In this document: in pieces, positions 1-13,449 of the stretch
Layout: every line of letters begins with the position of its first letter
Numbering within the stretch: the stretch's first letter is position 1
Origin: Nemertoderma westbladi
Lineage: Eukaryota; Animalia; Xenacoelomorpha
NCBI GenBank assembly: GCA_032718475.1
Contig: JAUCBJ010003070.1
Location: 1 to 64,000 of the forward strand
Direction: 5' to 3'
DNA: 64,000 nucleotides
Program-made: the position numbers and the translations under genes
Notes under the pieces: model-generated
Databases searched by the model: none
What the model saw: only the letters and a program-made list of their open reading frames with translations
Told to the model about the DNA's origin: nothing

Positions 1-199
1 TTATCTGAACCACAATCTGGACTGAATTTTTTTTCAAAGGTTAAAGCAACAGTTCCAGAGAACTCTAGTTTCCATGGGAATAGAAGTTAATTATTGACAA
101 TTGCTACTAAACGAGGCTAAGCAACGAACCAAAGTGTGGCCGTTTGTTTAATTTTTCTTAGCTTCGTGGTTGCATTTCCTTTAGGAAATGCCTTTCTAG
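1..199 (+). mobile_element. 3' end of non-autonomous Helitron-like element (family A, copy 0)
   Basis: Ends with ...CTTAGCTTCGTGG, the hairpin GCATTTCCT-TT-AGGAAATGC, then CTAG followed by T. Same terminus as copies 1-3. Confidence 0.75.
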
Positions 200-273
200 T
201 AACCACCAGTCAATTAAACCTGACCGGGGATCAGTGCCTCTGCGTGGGCAATACGACTTCTTCTGTCCAACAA

Positions 274-1541
274 TCCACGAAGCTAAGGAAAATCAACTAC
301 TTTCGCTAAGAAAGATTTTCCTTAGCTGAGATGGTCTATTCATAGTGGGCTATTTTACTTGTATGAGGCAGATTTGGTTTTTTTTTGGTCGGGGAAAAAA
401 CTAGCCTTTAAAAGTACCCTGAAATTTTGCATGTATATACAACTCATCAAGGCGCGTCGTGTGGGATGGGTCTCATCTCCAGGAAAAATCTGGTTTCCAT
501 GGCAACGGACTTAGAAAAAAGTCTATGTATTTCAAGTCAATATTTGTAACTCTATTTGTAGGAAAACTATAATACATATAAACTTGGGGTTTCTCAACAC
601 AACTATAAGGTCCATAGCAGAGCCGATTGAGGTTAAATAGAAAATCCAGTTACCTTGGCAACCGGGCTAAACAGATGTTAAAATTTTTAAAATGTTAATT
701 TGAAGCCTAAGGTTAAGGTGTGATGACTTGGGACCAATCCCTACCCCCACTATATAACTTATTCTGCGTCCGAATTTGATTGTTCTATTTTGCAGTTACC
801 TTGACAACCGCTGAAAACAGATGTTTTTATACGAAAATTATTCATTTGTACATAGACTTCACGATAAAATTTTACGAAACTAGGTATGTGTTATCTGGAC
901 CACTAGTTGGAACTTTTAGTGAAACTCAAAACATTCCAGAAATATCTAGTTACCATGGTAACTGTAGTTTTTTTAAAGTTATATATCATTCAAGTCTATA
1001 ATCATAACTCTATTTGGAGAAAAACTGTAATATATATAAACTTGGGGTTTTGCAACTCATCTATAAGGTCCATATACAAGCCGTTCGAAGTTAATTAGAA
1101 AATCCATTTACCATAGCAACAAGAGTAAACAGATGTTAAAATTAATAAAATGATAATTTGAAGCACAATTTAATAGTATTATGACTTGGGACCAACACCT
1201 ACCCCCACTATATGACTTATTCTGCATCCGAATTACATTGTTCTATTTTTCAGTTTCCATGACAACCACTGCAAACAGATGCATTTTGATAGAAAATCTG
1301 TAATTTGGACATAAACTACAATATTTTCTGAAACTCGATGTGTTATCTGAAAAACAATCTGGACTGAATCTTTTTTCAAAGGTAAAACCAACAGTTCCAG
1401 AGAACTCTAGTTTCCATGGGAATAGAAGTTATTTATTGGCAAATGCTACTAAACTAGGCTAAGCAACGAACCAAATTGTGGCCGTTTGTTTAATTTTCCT
1501 TAGCTTCGTGGTTGCATTTCCTTTAGGAAATGCCTTTCTAG
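274..1541 (+). mobile_element. Non-autonomous Helitron-like element, family A copy 1
   Basis: 5' TC start and 3' CTAG end, inserted between A and T with no TSD. 3' hairpin. Asymmetric inverted repeat CCACGAAGCTAAGGAAAA / TTTTCCTTAGCTTCGTGG. Internal ~150-bp repeat modules. Confidence 0.8.
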
Positions 1542-1683
1542 TAACAAAAAGAGTGAATAAACCACAGAACAAATCGTACTTATATATCAGCTTATCAGTA
1601 AGGAGCATAGCCAATATGGCAAAATTATACAAGCTGGATATGCAGATAATGTCACTAAATGGCGTCACACCCTTAGTAAAGCA

Positions 1684-3533
1684 TCCACGAAGCTAAGGAA
1701 AATCAACTACTTTCGCTAAGAAAGATTTTCCTTAGCTGAGATGGTCTATTCATAGTGGGCTATTTTACTTGTGTGGGGCAGATTTGTTTTTTTTTGGTCG
1801 GGGAAAAAACTAGCCTTTAAAAGTACCCTGAAATTTTGCATGTATGTACTACTCATCGAGGCGCGTCGTGTGGGATGGGTCTCATATTCAGGAAAAATCT
1901 GGTTTCCATGGCAACGGACTTAGAAAAAAGTCTATGTATTTCAAGTCAATATTTATAACTCTATTTGTAGGAAAACTATAATACATATAAACTTGGGATT
2001 TCTCAACTCAACTATAAGGTCCATAGCAGAGCCGATTGAGGTTAAATAGAAATTCCAGTTACCTTGGCAACCGGGCTAAACAGATGTTAAAATTTATAAA
2101 ATGTTAATTTGAAGCCTAAGGTTTATGTGTTATGTCTTGGGACCAACCCCTACCCCCACTATATGACTTATTCTGCGTCCGAATTTCATTGTTTAATTTT
2201 GCAGTTACCATGACAACCGCTGAAAACAGATGTTTTTATACGAAAATAACTCATTTGGACATAGACTTCACGATAAAATTTTACGAAACTGGATATGTGT
2301 TATCTGGACCACTAGTTCGAACTTTTAGTGAAACTCAAAACATTCCAGAAATATCTAGTTACCGTGGTAACTGGAGTTTATTACAGATTATATCATTCAG
2401 GTCTATATTCATAACTCTATTTGTAGAAAAACCGCAATAGATATAAACTTGGGGTTTCTCAACTCAACTACAAGGGCCATAGTCGAGCAGATTGAGGTAA
2501 ATTAAAAAATCCTGTTACCATGACAACCAGGCTAAACAGACGTTAAAATTTATAAAATGATAATTTTAAGCAAAAGTTAAAGCTATTATGACATGGGACC
2601 AAGCCCTACCCCCTCTATATAACTTATTCTGCATCCGAATTACGTTGTTCTATTTCTCACTTTCCATGGCAACCGCTGAAAACATGAAAATTTGAAGCCT
2701 AAGGTTAAGGTGTTATGTCTTGGGACCAAACCCTACCCCCTCTATATGACTTATTCTGCGTCCGAATTTCATTGTTTAATTTTGCAGTTACCATGACAAC
2801 CGCTGAAAACAGATGTTTTTATACTAAAATAATTCATTTGGACATAGACTTCGCGATAAAATTTTACGAAACTGGGAATGTGTTATCTGGACCATTAGTT
2901 GGAACTTTTAGTGAAACTGAAAACATTCCAGAAATATCTTGTTACCATGGTAACTGGAGTTTATTAAAGTCTATATCATTCAAGTCTAAATTCAATAAAA
3001 ACTCTATTTGTAGCAAAATAATGTAATAAATATAAATTTGGGGTTTTGCAACTCATCTGTAAGGTCCATATACAATCCATTCGAGGTTAATTACACAATC
3101 CAATTACCATAGCAACAAGACTAAACAGATGTTAAAATTTCTAAAATGATAATTTGAAACACAAGTTAATAGTATTATGACTTGGGACCAAGACCTACCC
3201 CCACAATATGACTTATTCTGCATCCGAATTACATTGTTCTATTTTTCAGTTTCCATGACAACCACTGCAAACAGATGCATTTTGTTAGAAAATCGGTAAT
3301 TTGGACATAAACTCAATATTTTCAAAACTTGGTATGTGTTGAACCACAATCTGGACTGAATCTTTTTTCAAAGGTAAAACCAACAGTTCCAGAGAATTCT
3401 AGTTTCCATGGGAATATAAGTTATTTATTAGCAAATGCTACTAAACTAGGCTAAGCAACAAACCAAATTGTGGCCCTTTGTTTAATTTTCCTTAGCTTCG
3501 TGGTTGCATTTCCTTTAGGAAATGCTTTTCTCG
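1684..3533 (+). mobile_element. Non-autonomous Helitron-like element, family A copy 2 (extra internal modules)
   Basis: Same termini (3' end reads CTCG|T), A|T insertion site, longer internal repeat array. Confidence 0.8.
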
Positions 3534-3921
3534 TAATTTAACCAAAATAGACGATATTATATCGTAACCAACTTTATCAATATAAAATGGTGTTTTGAGC
3601 TTAAAATTAGTAAAATAAGTAATCTAAAAGGCTAAGTTCACACGTGCAGCAACAACCTAAAAGTGGATCTTTTCGTGGAATCTCGTTATTCTTAGAATTT
3701 TTCTTGGAATTTCGTTACACTTTGTAATGATAGTGTATAATGAAGTTCTATTGGTTTCATTTTTGTTCTTTTTTTCTTTGGTCGATTGTCGGTCTCTGTG
3801 AATTTAATTATAGATTGTAGGGTCCAACCCTAATTAATTTTTGTGCTACGTGTTTCGTTTAGTATATTAAAAATGTACGTAGAGTAGCATGGGTCATTAG
3901 TGCCCGATAATGGAAAGGAAA

Positions 3922-5197
3922 TCCACGAAGCTAAGGAAAATCAACTACTTTCGCTAAGAAAGATTTTCCTTAGCTGAGATGGTCTATTCATAGTGGGCTA
4001 TTTTACTTGTGTGGGGCAGATTTAGTGTTTTTTGGTCGGGGAAAAAACTAGCCTTTAAAAGTACCCTGAAATTTTGCATGTATATACTACTCATCAAGGC
4101 GCGTCGTGTGGGATGGGTCTCATATCCAGGAAAAATCTGGTTTCCATGGCAACGGACTTGTCTATGAAAAGTCTATGTATTTCAAGTCAATATTTATAAC
4201 TCTATTTGTAGGAAAACTATAATAGATATAAACTTGGGGTTTCTCAACTTAACTATAATGTCCATAGCAGAGCCGATTGAGGTTAAATATAAAATCCAGT
4301 TACCTTGGCAACCGGGCTAAACAGATGTTAAAATTTATAAAATGTTAATTTGAAGCCTAAGGTTAAGGTGTTATGACTTGGGACCAACCCCTACCCCCAC
4401 TATATAACTTATTCTGCGTCCGAATTTGATTGTTCTATTTTGCAGTTACCATGACAACCGCTGAAACAGATGTTTTTATACAAAAATTACTAATTTGGAC
4501 ATAGACTTCGCTATAAAATTTTACGAAACTGGTTATGTGTTAACTAGACCACTAGTTGGAACTTTTAGTGAAACTAAAAAACATTCCAGAAATATCTAGT
4601 TACCGTGGTAACTGGAGTTTATTACAGATTATATCATTCAAGTCTATATTCATAACTCTATTTATAGAATAACCGCAATAGATATAAACTTGGGGTTTCT
4701 CAACTCAATGATAAGGACAATAGTCGAGCTGATTGAGGTTAATTAGAAAATCCAGTTACCAGGGCAACCATGCCAAACAGATGTTCAAATTTATAAAATG
4801 GTTATTTGAAGCATAACATTAAGGTATTACGACTTGGGACCAATCCCTACCCTCACTATATCACTAATTAAGCATCCAATTTAATTTACAATCAATTTAC
4901 AATTTAATCCAATTTAATTTCCATGACAACCACTACAAACAGACGTTTTAACAATTAAATACTTTGTTTTACACATTAACTACTCAATGAAACTAAATTG
5001 AAGTATGTGTCACCTGGAACCACAAACCGGATCTTAATGTAATCCTCATCAGTTCTAGAAAATTCCGGTTGCCATTGTAATATGAGTTTTTAAGGCATAT
5101 GCCTCTTAACTCTGTAAAGCAATGAAGTGATGAGTCAAAGTGTGTTTAATTTTCCTTAGCTTCGTGGTTGCATTTCCTTTAGGAAATGCCTTTCTAG
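3922..5197 (+). mobile_element. Non-autonomous Helitron-like element, family A copy 3
   Basis: A|TCCACGAAGC...GGAAATGCCTTTCTAG|T with the same internal modules; the 3' third is more diverged. Confidence 0.8.
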
Positions 5198-6339
5198 TAA
5201 AATAAATAAATAAATAAATATTCTCAATTGCTGCAAATCTATACAACAGAATTCTATTAAATCGCATCAGGGATTCCCCTGAAGATGCTTGAATTCTGAT
5301 TGCGTCTAAAAGCATTTTTGTTATTTATATAAATGTAGCCTTGACTGGAAATCCGTACCAAAGTTTTTATATCACTTGCAAATTACATTTCTATTTACAA
5401 GCTTTTGATAAACCTCTATCAATGACCATCAATCGGTCGAGCTCAACCATCTCTGATTTAATTGATATGTTGATTTATAATAATTATATTGCCATTGCCG
5501 TGGTCGTTCTCTTTCTGTGTTTCTATATTTGAACACACTTTGATCTCTTCCTTTCATTTCATACAGTGACGTTTCTTAATAGGCCTGTATAAGGTTAATG
5601 AAATATAATGTTTACTATCCTTTTTTTAAAGATAATTCAGTTTTTCCCTTTTTTTTAACCGTATGCGATCCTTTTTCCCTTTTTTTTAATATAAATTCCT
5701 TTTTTCCTTTTTTGACTGGGAGGGCTGATTGTATCAGTGATGTTAGAGATTTTTTGTCACCTTGGCCTTTCCGAAAACACACAGTTGTTAATAATACTAC
5801 TTAATTATGTCGTATTGAACATCGAGGGTAATTTGGTGTTATTTAATCTATCGTACTTTGGTGTTTCTAATTTTCAGTGCAAATACAGTTTTATTGCAGT
5901 TTTAATACAGTTTTATTGTTCAGTTTTAATAAAACTTTGGTATCTTACTTTATTTTACTTTATATTAATTCTTGTTATTATTCAATCTGAATTTATAATT
6001 ATACTTCAGTTCAGCAAGTTTGTTCTAGTATATTACGATTTTTTTCCCCAAATATTCTCCTCTCCAATCCACATGAAAGAGTTGCAAAGTGCCGTAACAT
6101 TTTTCAGCAATTTTTATCATATTTTTCCATCTTTCGATAATTTTGGTATAATTTTTCACTAAAAAAACAGTATCCTAAATATATACCCTTGACAAACTGG
6201 CAAGAAGAGCTGGCAATTAAGCTTTAATAATTCAGATTAATAATTTAGTTAGAATAAAGTAGTCGTTTTATTGACAAGATATTGGATATCATTAACAATG
6301 TCTACTATTAAAATAATAATTATTTTGCTAGGTGGGATA

Positions 6340-8400
6340 AATATTTCTCCATTTGACGCAACACCGCCGCGGCCGCTATGAGGGAGGTGAATACCGCGGC
6401 CGCTCCTAAAGCCGCAGGCCATCGCTAACTATATAGGTTAACTTGGGATTCTGGGGGACTTTTCGATGAAGGAACTGACCAAATTTTTTTATTTTCTCAC
6501 CAGGGGAGCGGCTCGGAATTCTAAGATATTAGCAACTCTAACATTATTAAATCTAACCCTTCGACGGACACGGCGGACAAAAAACCGTCATTTTTTCGAC
6601 AATTTTAAAATTTTTTTGAAAGGCGCTCTACAGTGGCTCAAAAAAACCCTAGGTTTTTGCTTAGCCGACGCCGGGATACGATAGAAGGGATTAATTAGTG
6701 AATTCGTTTTTTTTTTCAAAAAAGATTACCACGCCTTTTTTCCGAAAATGTCCGTCAAAGTTGAAAAAACGGACAAAATGACTTTGCGGGATCCGCTATA
6801 ACTCGGCTAATATTAATCGTACGGGGACGAAAGTAACGCGGTTGGAAAGGGGAAGAGTGGTACTACCTTCGTATCGAATGGGGGTAAGATATTTATTAAA
6901 ATTTCGGGTGGAAAAAGGGGCTGTAAATTTATACGTTTTTGTCCGTCTTTTTTGGAAAACTTATTTCCGAAATGTTTAATTCGACAACGCGGGTAGGAAT
7001 CCACTAATTCTTTTATGAAACTCGTAGAAGACCATTGGGGCTACGTTCCTATCGAATGGGGGTACAAAAAATATGTCGGCAATAGGGGCCAAAAAGGGCC
7101 AGAATTTGTAAAGTAGTTTTTATCGAATAATTTTTTATTTTTAACTTTAGTTGGTTAAGGTACATTCTATACAGTCAATATCAATACGGGGAATTCAAAT
7201 ATGCTATCGGTTTTGCTCCAAGGATGATATTAAAAAAATGAGGGCCAAAATTATGCTTTCGCGCTTCAAACTTGCTTCGCGGGAAATCGTCTAGCTCGAA
7301 AACTACTTAACTTACCGGAGATTTGTTTACACAGACTTATAGTGCGTTAAATTATCTATCTAACAGCGTTAATCACAGCGCCGGAGGTATTATAAAACTG
7401 GAGCGGCAGGCGATCGTGTGAAATATAATATTTATAAAAAGGGACGAAAATTTTTTTTTTTAACAATTCGCTATTCCATTATAATTTAGCGTATTGCGCC
7501 AAAAGTACCTGTAAAAAGTATCAAATTAACTCCGCTATCTTTTATCTTAACATATATAATTAAAATTACGAATTTTAAGGGTCGAAAAATATCGCGTTAT
7601 TTTGGCCCTTTTTTTTAATTTTTTTGGGGCCAAAAATAACCCCTTCTCAAAAGATTAAGAAAAAAATTACGGCAAAGAATATACCAATTTTATTGAATTT
7701 GGACCACCAGAACCGAAGTTAGAGCGATTTTAGTGAAAAAATAAAAATAATTTTTTTTGCAAAAAAATTAAGAATGGTCAGGTCAATATTGGATTTCGAA
7801 CCCGCGAACTTAGGTTTCATTAACGTGATTGATAACCACTAGACTATGTGACCAAGAGAATTTGAAATTTTCGAGTGACTATTTTTAAACATAAATAACT
7901 TCGGTTCTACAGGGCCGTTTAATCTGAAACTTTTTTCATTGGATAGAGGATAGATTGTAGTGTGTGAAATAGAATAAAACTTGGGAAAAGACTTATGTGC
8001 ACTTAGTGCAAAATGCACTTAAACAGTGAACATTTTTTCGATATTTCAAACACTGTTATTTCCAGTTCTATTCATCGTAGAATATTATTTTTTGGATTAA
8101 AATGTAGTTTGGAATGATTTCTAACTATAATCGTAACATTTGTTCAACTTTTTATGTCTATAAAGTGACTTAAAAATGTCCATGAATATGGTCCAAAATT
8201 GCAAATCCAGATTTATTAAATTGGATTTTTGACACTTTTAGCGACTGACACTTGATCATACACCATCGTAGATCGGTAGAGGATAAACATAAGTTTTTCA
8301 TATCATATTTTCATATTAATATGTTGTTTGAACCTTACTGAGCGCATTAGGGGATATGCGTACAAATAACCGGCCCTTATGAGGCTTCGATTGGGTAAAT
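6340..8400. mobile_element. Putative non-autonomous DNA element (CpG-rich, non-coding), boundaries approximate
   Basis: Abrupt CpG enrichment, GC-rich palindromic left end (two GCGGCCGC), internal Pol III A/B-box-like pair on the minus strand near 7790-7850. No clear TIR or TSD found. Confidence 0.3.
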
Positions 8401-9540
8401 TAATAAAACATAAGGCTGTATAGTATAATATTCTAAAAACCAGTGTGATATTAAATGCACTTTAAATAATAAATAGAAATCAAATAACAATTGGACCACA
8501 CAATTAAAAACTCGCACAATTTTGTACTTATTATATCGCTTCAAATTAATTCAACAGTGGATATTTGTGGGAAGGGGGAAGTTACAGTGTGCATTCGGGG
8601 GAAGTTTGGTGAACTGCATTTATGCAGTGAATCCAAACTTCCCCCTTTGATATATCATATACTTAAGACATGCTAGGGTGACGGGGAAATATTTGTTACT
8701 GTCACACTTTGCTTCCATTTATCCTATCCTTTATTATTACCCCAGTCAGATAAGAGATAATAAATCAGTAAAAACTAAACTAAACTGTCTTTCATGCAAA
8801 CAAATTTCTAACTAAAGACGGGTGAATGACCATGACCATGGAAATAATTTTAAATATAATTGTATATCAACTATTTGGGGAGGCTTCCAAGTTAAACCCG
8901 AAAACAATTATTTTGTTACATATATAGTAAATAACGTTGTATGTTCTTCTTCCTCTCATAATAAAATATAAATGAAATATCTCAGATAGCTATGCCCTGT
9001 AACATTTCACAACCAAAATATTTAAGTGTGAAAAGTGTTGGCCTACCACACTCCGCCCAAACAACCGCAAACGCATAGCCAACAAATTTAACAAAAGGTT
9101 ACATACATGTTCGGTTCATGACGAGATGAGTGAAAATTGATGGCGTAATATAAAGTAAAAAATTAAGAGACGGGCTGGCTCTCCTCCACTTTCTTACCCA
9201 ATGGATATGTTGTTGTAATAATCTAATATTGGGGCGGCTTTCTCTCGTTTAAATAAAATAATTTACGAATTTACAAGATAATATTGTCAATAAAGCTGAC
9301 CATCAGGGCAAGATTATTTGGTCAGTTTGTACCTTTTTTTTGTTAGATTAACAATTAACAGTTTTTAGAGTGTGTAGCAGCAGTTGACAAACCCCTTAAT
9401 CTGGCCATCCAAATATACTCAATTCCGGCTCCTGTAAAATCCCACACGGATTAACTAAGGTATTATTATTTTATATATTTTACTCTGTATTATTTAGTCT
9501 GTAAAATAAACAAGATCTTTCACAACAAATAAGAATAAAC

Positions 9541-10510
9541 TTACCCCAATGAGATTCCCATGGCCTTCAGGAATATAATAGCATAGGCGTATCTTCGGAA
9601 CAGAGCAACTCCCTTAAGTCCCTTCTCTTTCCTGCCAATCAACAACGACAGAGACACCTTATTCGCTTCATTTCTTGTCGAACGATTTTCTTTAACTATC
9701 TTCTGTACCCATAGAGGTCTCACGTCGGGTTCTGGGGTTAGAGCATTCTTCTTGCAGTCATGGTTACTGGTTTTATATGCCGGTTTTAAGTAATTATCCT
9801 CCTCCTGCTCTTCAAAGTATTTAATAATAAATGGTTTCAATCTTAGATATTCTTCTTTCTCTAAAATCGCTTGTAAAGACGATTGATTATCAGTGATTGC
9901 ACATCGTCGGGATTGTGTTTCGGGTTTCATCTTTGTAGTGGCATTATCGATTGGTTGATCACCATGAATTCTAGATGTTCTTCGTTGCGTTAATGGCGGT
10001 ATCATGTCGTTGTCTGCAGCATTATCTCTATAGGTTAGTTGGCTTGTTGAGGTTAAGTTCCTCCTTTCCAGTTTGCTGTGGCGACTGCAGTTGCTTTGAG
10101 GTCGTCGCATTATCCTTACTGATGAATCACTATCCTCAGGATTAGTCCGTAATATCGAAGGACAAATGGTAGTGTGGGATTTACAAAATGGAGATTCCCT
10201 GTTTACGTCATAACCGTAATAATGTGCTGTATGTGGGCGGTTTCGAGTTACCAGAGCTCTGCGGACTTGTCTACGAACTGATTTTAATTTGGGGTTTAAT
10301 TGTTCTTCTTCGGAGCCAGCACTTTTCGATCGTTGTTTCTGGTGGTAGTCGTTCAACCTCTTCAGATCAACTTCACGCAAGGCACCACCAATTTGACTCA
10401 TCTCTAAATGGTGAGACGTATTCGCGTTTGAATGACATTTTCGTGTTGAACATAGAACCTGGTTGGGCTTCACATACCAAACTCTTGAAATCAGCGACTT
10501 AACATTAAAT
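9541..10510 (-). CDS. Terminal coding exon of an unidentified host gene (~320 aa, hydrophilic, R/S-rich)
   Basis: 310-codon ORF (its listed start is GTG) stays open up to a splice acceptor TTTCTTCTAG at 10511-10520. No TE motifs. C-terminus KGLKGVALFRRYAYAIIFLKAM. Upstream exon(s) not identified. Confidence 0.6.
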
Positions 10511-10619
10511 CTAGAAGAAACATGCGATAATTAATATATTTAAAAAATTATTATAAATAAAATCAGTAAATAATGTAATTTACTGAAAAAGAAAGGTCAT
10601 AGAGGAGAGCATGGAGGGT

Positions 10620-10900
10620 TAAAAAAGTAAAAAGTAAATTTTCTTCGGCCGCTAAGGCCAGGGATTACGCACAAAGTCTGACGACTTATTTCCAGTGCGG
10701 TCCCCCCAGAACTTTACTCCCCAGAGGAAACTCCAGTACTCATTTAGCTACCACTTAAGGATGCAAGGCAGAGATGCGCCCTGGCTGGTCCCTTTAAAGC
10801 ATTCGTGCCGAAACGAAAACTGCCCTGGCCCATGTGAGGATCGAACCCACGACCTACGGGGGATGTGAATTCAATGCAACCACTACACCAAGGTGGAACC
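10620..10900 (-). mobile_element. tRNA-derived SINE with Deu/Nin-like central domain
   Basis: Minus strand: A-box TGGTGTAGTGG, B-box GGTTCGATCC, central GCCTTGCATCCTTAAGTGGTAGCTAAATGAGTACTGG and a TTTAC/T-rich tail. A related partial copy lies at ~28905-29040. Confidence 0.7.
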
Positions 10901-10974
10901 ACATGTTTGTCCTCGTGGTTGAACCACGAGGACGGGCGAATCAGTGCAATTTAAAGAGAACGCTTGGGTTTGGC

Positions 10975-10988
10975 GTTTCCATGGATAC
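10975..10988. promoter_or_regulatory. Candidate RFX X-box
   Basis: GTTTCCATGGATAC fits the palindromic GTNRCCATGGYNAC-type X-box. It lies ~470 bp upstream of the 10510 acceptor of the minus-strand gene. Confidence 0.35.
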
Positions 10989-13449
10989 AGCATTATATAG
11001 ACAATTAAAAACTGCACCTACTGGTGTATTTAGTCCACCTCTGGCCGACGTGCTGTTTTGCTATGAAGGAAAGTATACTTTTGCCACCTGTTTTCTAGAA
11101 CGGATACCTCCGTTTTGGATCCCTCCCACTAGAATGATTTGACAATTCACCAATAAATGTGATACTTTTCTGGCGGAGAAATTATTCATCTTCAAAATTA
11201 GGTATGTGTACGAAAAGTGCAATGGTCTGCACTTTTCGTACACAATGCATTTTTCACAAAATGGAGTATTGTGGGAGGCTTGAATCACTTTGGATGGATG
11301 GGTTGAACCACTTTCCTGTTGGTTGTTATGGGTATTTATCTACAGGTACGGATAGTATTTAGTAGGAATAATGGACTATGCTTGTTTCATTGTTACTTTC
11401 TTGTCAACCTGTGGTCCCAGGTAGTAGATAACGGTAGAGGCAGAGTCGGAAGATGTTCATTGTGAGTCCAAACCAGAGCCACATGGTATAGTCACTGGAG
11501 GGGGAGAATAAGAAACGCACCGATTACCTATAATTGAACTAAATAAACAATAATTAACTCAATGTGCTGGATTTGGTATTATTGTAAAATAAAAAAACGA
11601 CAGTTTTTAATGAAGATAGAACAGTCACTGGCAGACAAACACTGAAAAAACACAAACAAACAGACAGAAAGACTAATTTTCATTAACATATATTCATTTG
11701 ATAACATTGCTTCTATGGGTGGTTCAACCCTCCTAACCCCCCTGATTCAAGCCTCCTATATGGGGTAGGAGGCGTGAACAAGAAAACTCGGCTCTGGAAA
11801 ACGCTTATTTCTCATATAATACATGATTTTAGAACCTTTAATATGTATTCCAATAGATGCGGAATAGATTGTTTTAGGTTTGTGCAATTTCAGCTTGAAG
11901 CTACGATGTGGAACAGAATAAATTATTATTTTTTGTAAAAATGGGCCGCAAAGCCCATCTCGGTGAAGTAATACAAAATTATCACTTCAGAAGTGGCACG
12001 TTATTCTAACTAAAAAAAATTAATTAAACTAAAATTAATAGAAAAGGTTACTGTTTTATTTTTAGAGCAATCAGTTATTGCATCGAATTTGCATCGATTT
12101 TCCCCTGGGGCGGGATGAACTTTTATTGCTTTGAAAGTCTCTGACTTTATCATAAACTTACCTCGATTCTCCCTGCAACACTTCTATAAGAGAATTATGG
12201 CGGTGGCTAATTTTAGAGTTGCTCTCAACTGCATTGCGAATATTCATTGTTTCAAGGACAGACCAATTCTGTTTATCTTTATGTGTGCGAGATAACATGG
12301 TTTAGGTTTATACAATAATGATGACCTTACAAGGTCTAATAGGTTGCTTATTCTTGTTCTTTACAAAATTTAAAATAATAAATATTATGATTGTTATTAT
12401 GGTTGATTATTACTAAGTTCAAAACGGTTCGATTTTTCTTGTTAGCTAAGACAAATCTAAAACCCGATTTGGAATCAGGAATGTCGAATTATGTATAATA
12501 AACATACCGAAAACATGCGAATATTATCGAAGAAACTTTTTTCTCATTACAGTGAAATAAGATATAAGTTGTGCCTGATAAGTAATTTGAGAGTTTATTG
12601 GAGATTATGAATAAACTTGTGCCAGAAAAACCTAAAACCAGATTTGGAATCAGCGTGGTTGAATTACCCCCATTGTACTAAAGCTCCTTTCAATGTTGTA
12701 AATTGGATTGTACGATTCGAGCTCATCGCTCTTATTTGTTTAATCGCGATTATCTAAGAATGGTGTTTTTTACGTTTTACCCTTTGTCTCAGCAACTAGA
12801 AGCAGTATGGACTTGAATTATTATAGTAAATATAGAATAATAAATTATAGAAATTCCTGGTGAAATTTACAACTGAACTATATGGTTGACATAAAAAATA
12901 CTAAACCTTTTACATACAGTAGTCGGGCCTACAGAAGAAACATATTATTCACAAAATTATGGAATATTTCAATATGAACTATATAGGACAATTTTTATTA
13001 ATATTATAGTCGCAGTTAGTTAGTTTGCGGTTTAATAATTTAAGATTTAATACATAGAATGCAATTTAAAATACCAATGCAACTTTACTTAGGTTATACA
13101 AACAGTAAAACAGCAGAAAGATGGAAATGTTGTTTATCGACTGACCATAATATCGGTATTATAATCAAAATCACCTTTCTGTTGAAATTTTTGATTACAA
13201 AATTATATTAAACATTAATTTGAATGAATGTAGAGAAAACAAATTGCCTTATCATTTTCAATTTTTATATTCTGTATTATCGTTGCTATAACAACCGGGG
13301 CAGGTGTTGTATAAATAATTGATTTAATATTTAGCAACAGATTAGTTAGGAATTGTCCTGTAATCTCATCGGATTGAGAAATCGATGTGACACGAATTAA
13401 ATTGCTCACAGCCATCACAGGACCGAATCATGCTGCGATAATACATTAT

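Larger units (their letters stand above)
200..3654 (-). repeat. Diverged LTR remnant related to the 53521-54030 LTR, split into 200-273, 1542-1683 and 3534-3654 by Helitron insertions
   Basis: Joined and reverse-complemented, the three pieces align colinearly with the LTR at 53521/41277, beginning at TGTTGCTGCA (3654) and including CTGATCCCCGGTCA and TTTAATTGACTGGTGGTTA. Confidence 0.75.

Noticed and set aside
780-5315. Repeated small ORFs (MSWDQ..., FAVT...)
   Set aside because: They fall in non-coding Helitron repeat modules and frames are not conserved between copies.
10820-10900. tRNA gene
   Set aside because: A/B boxes are present but no convincing cloverleaf; it continues into a SINE body and tail.
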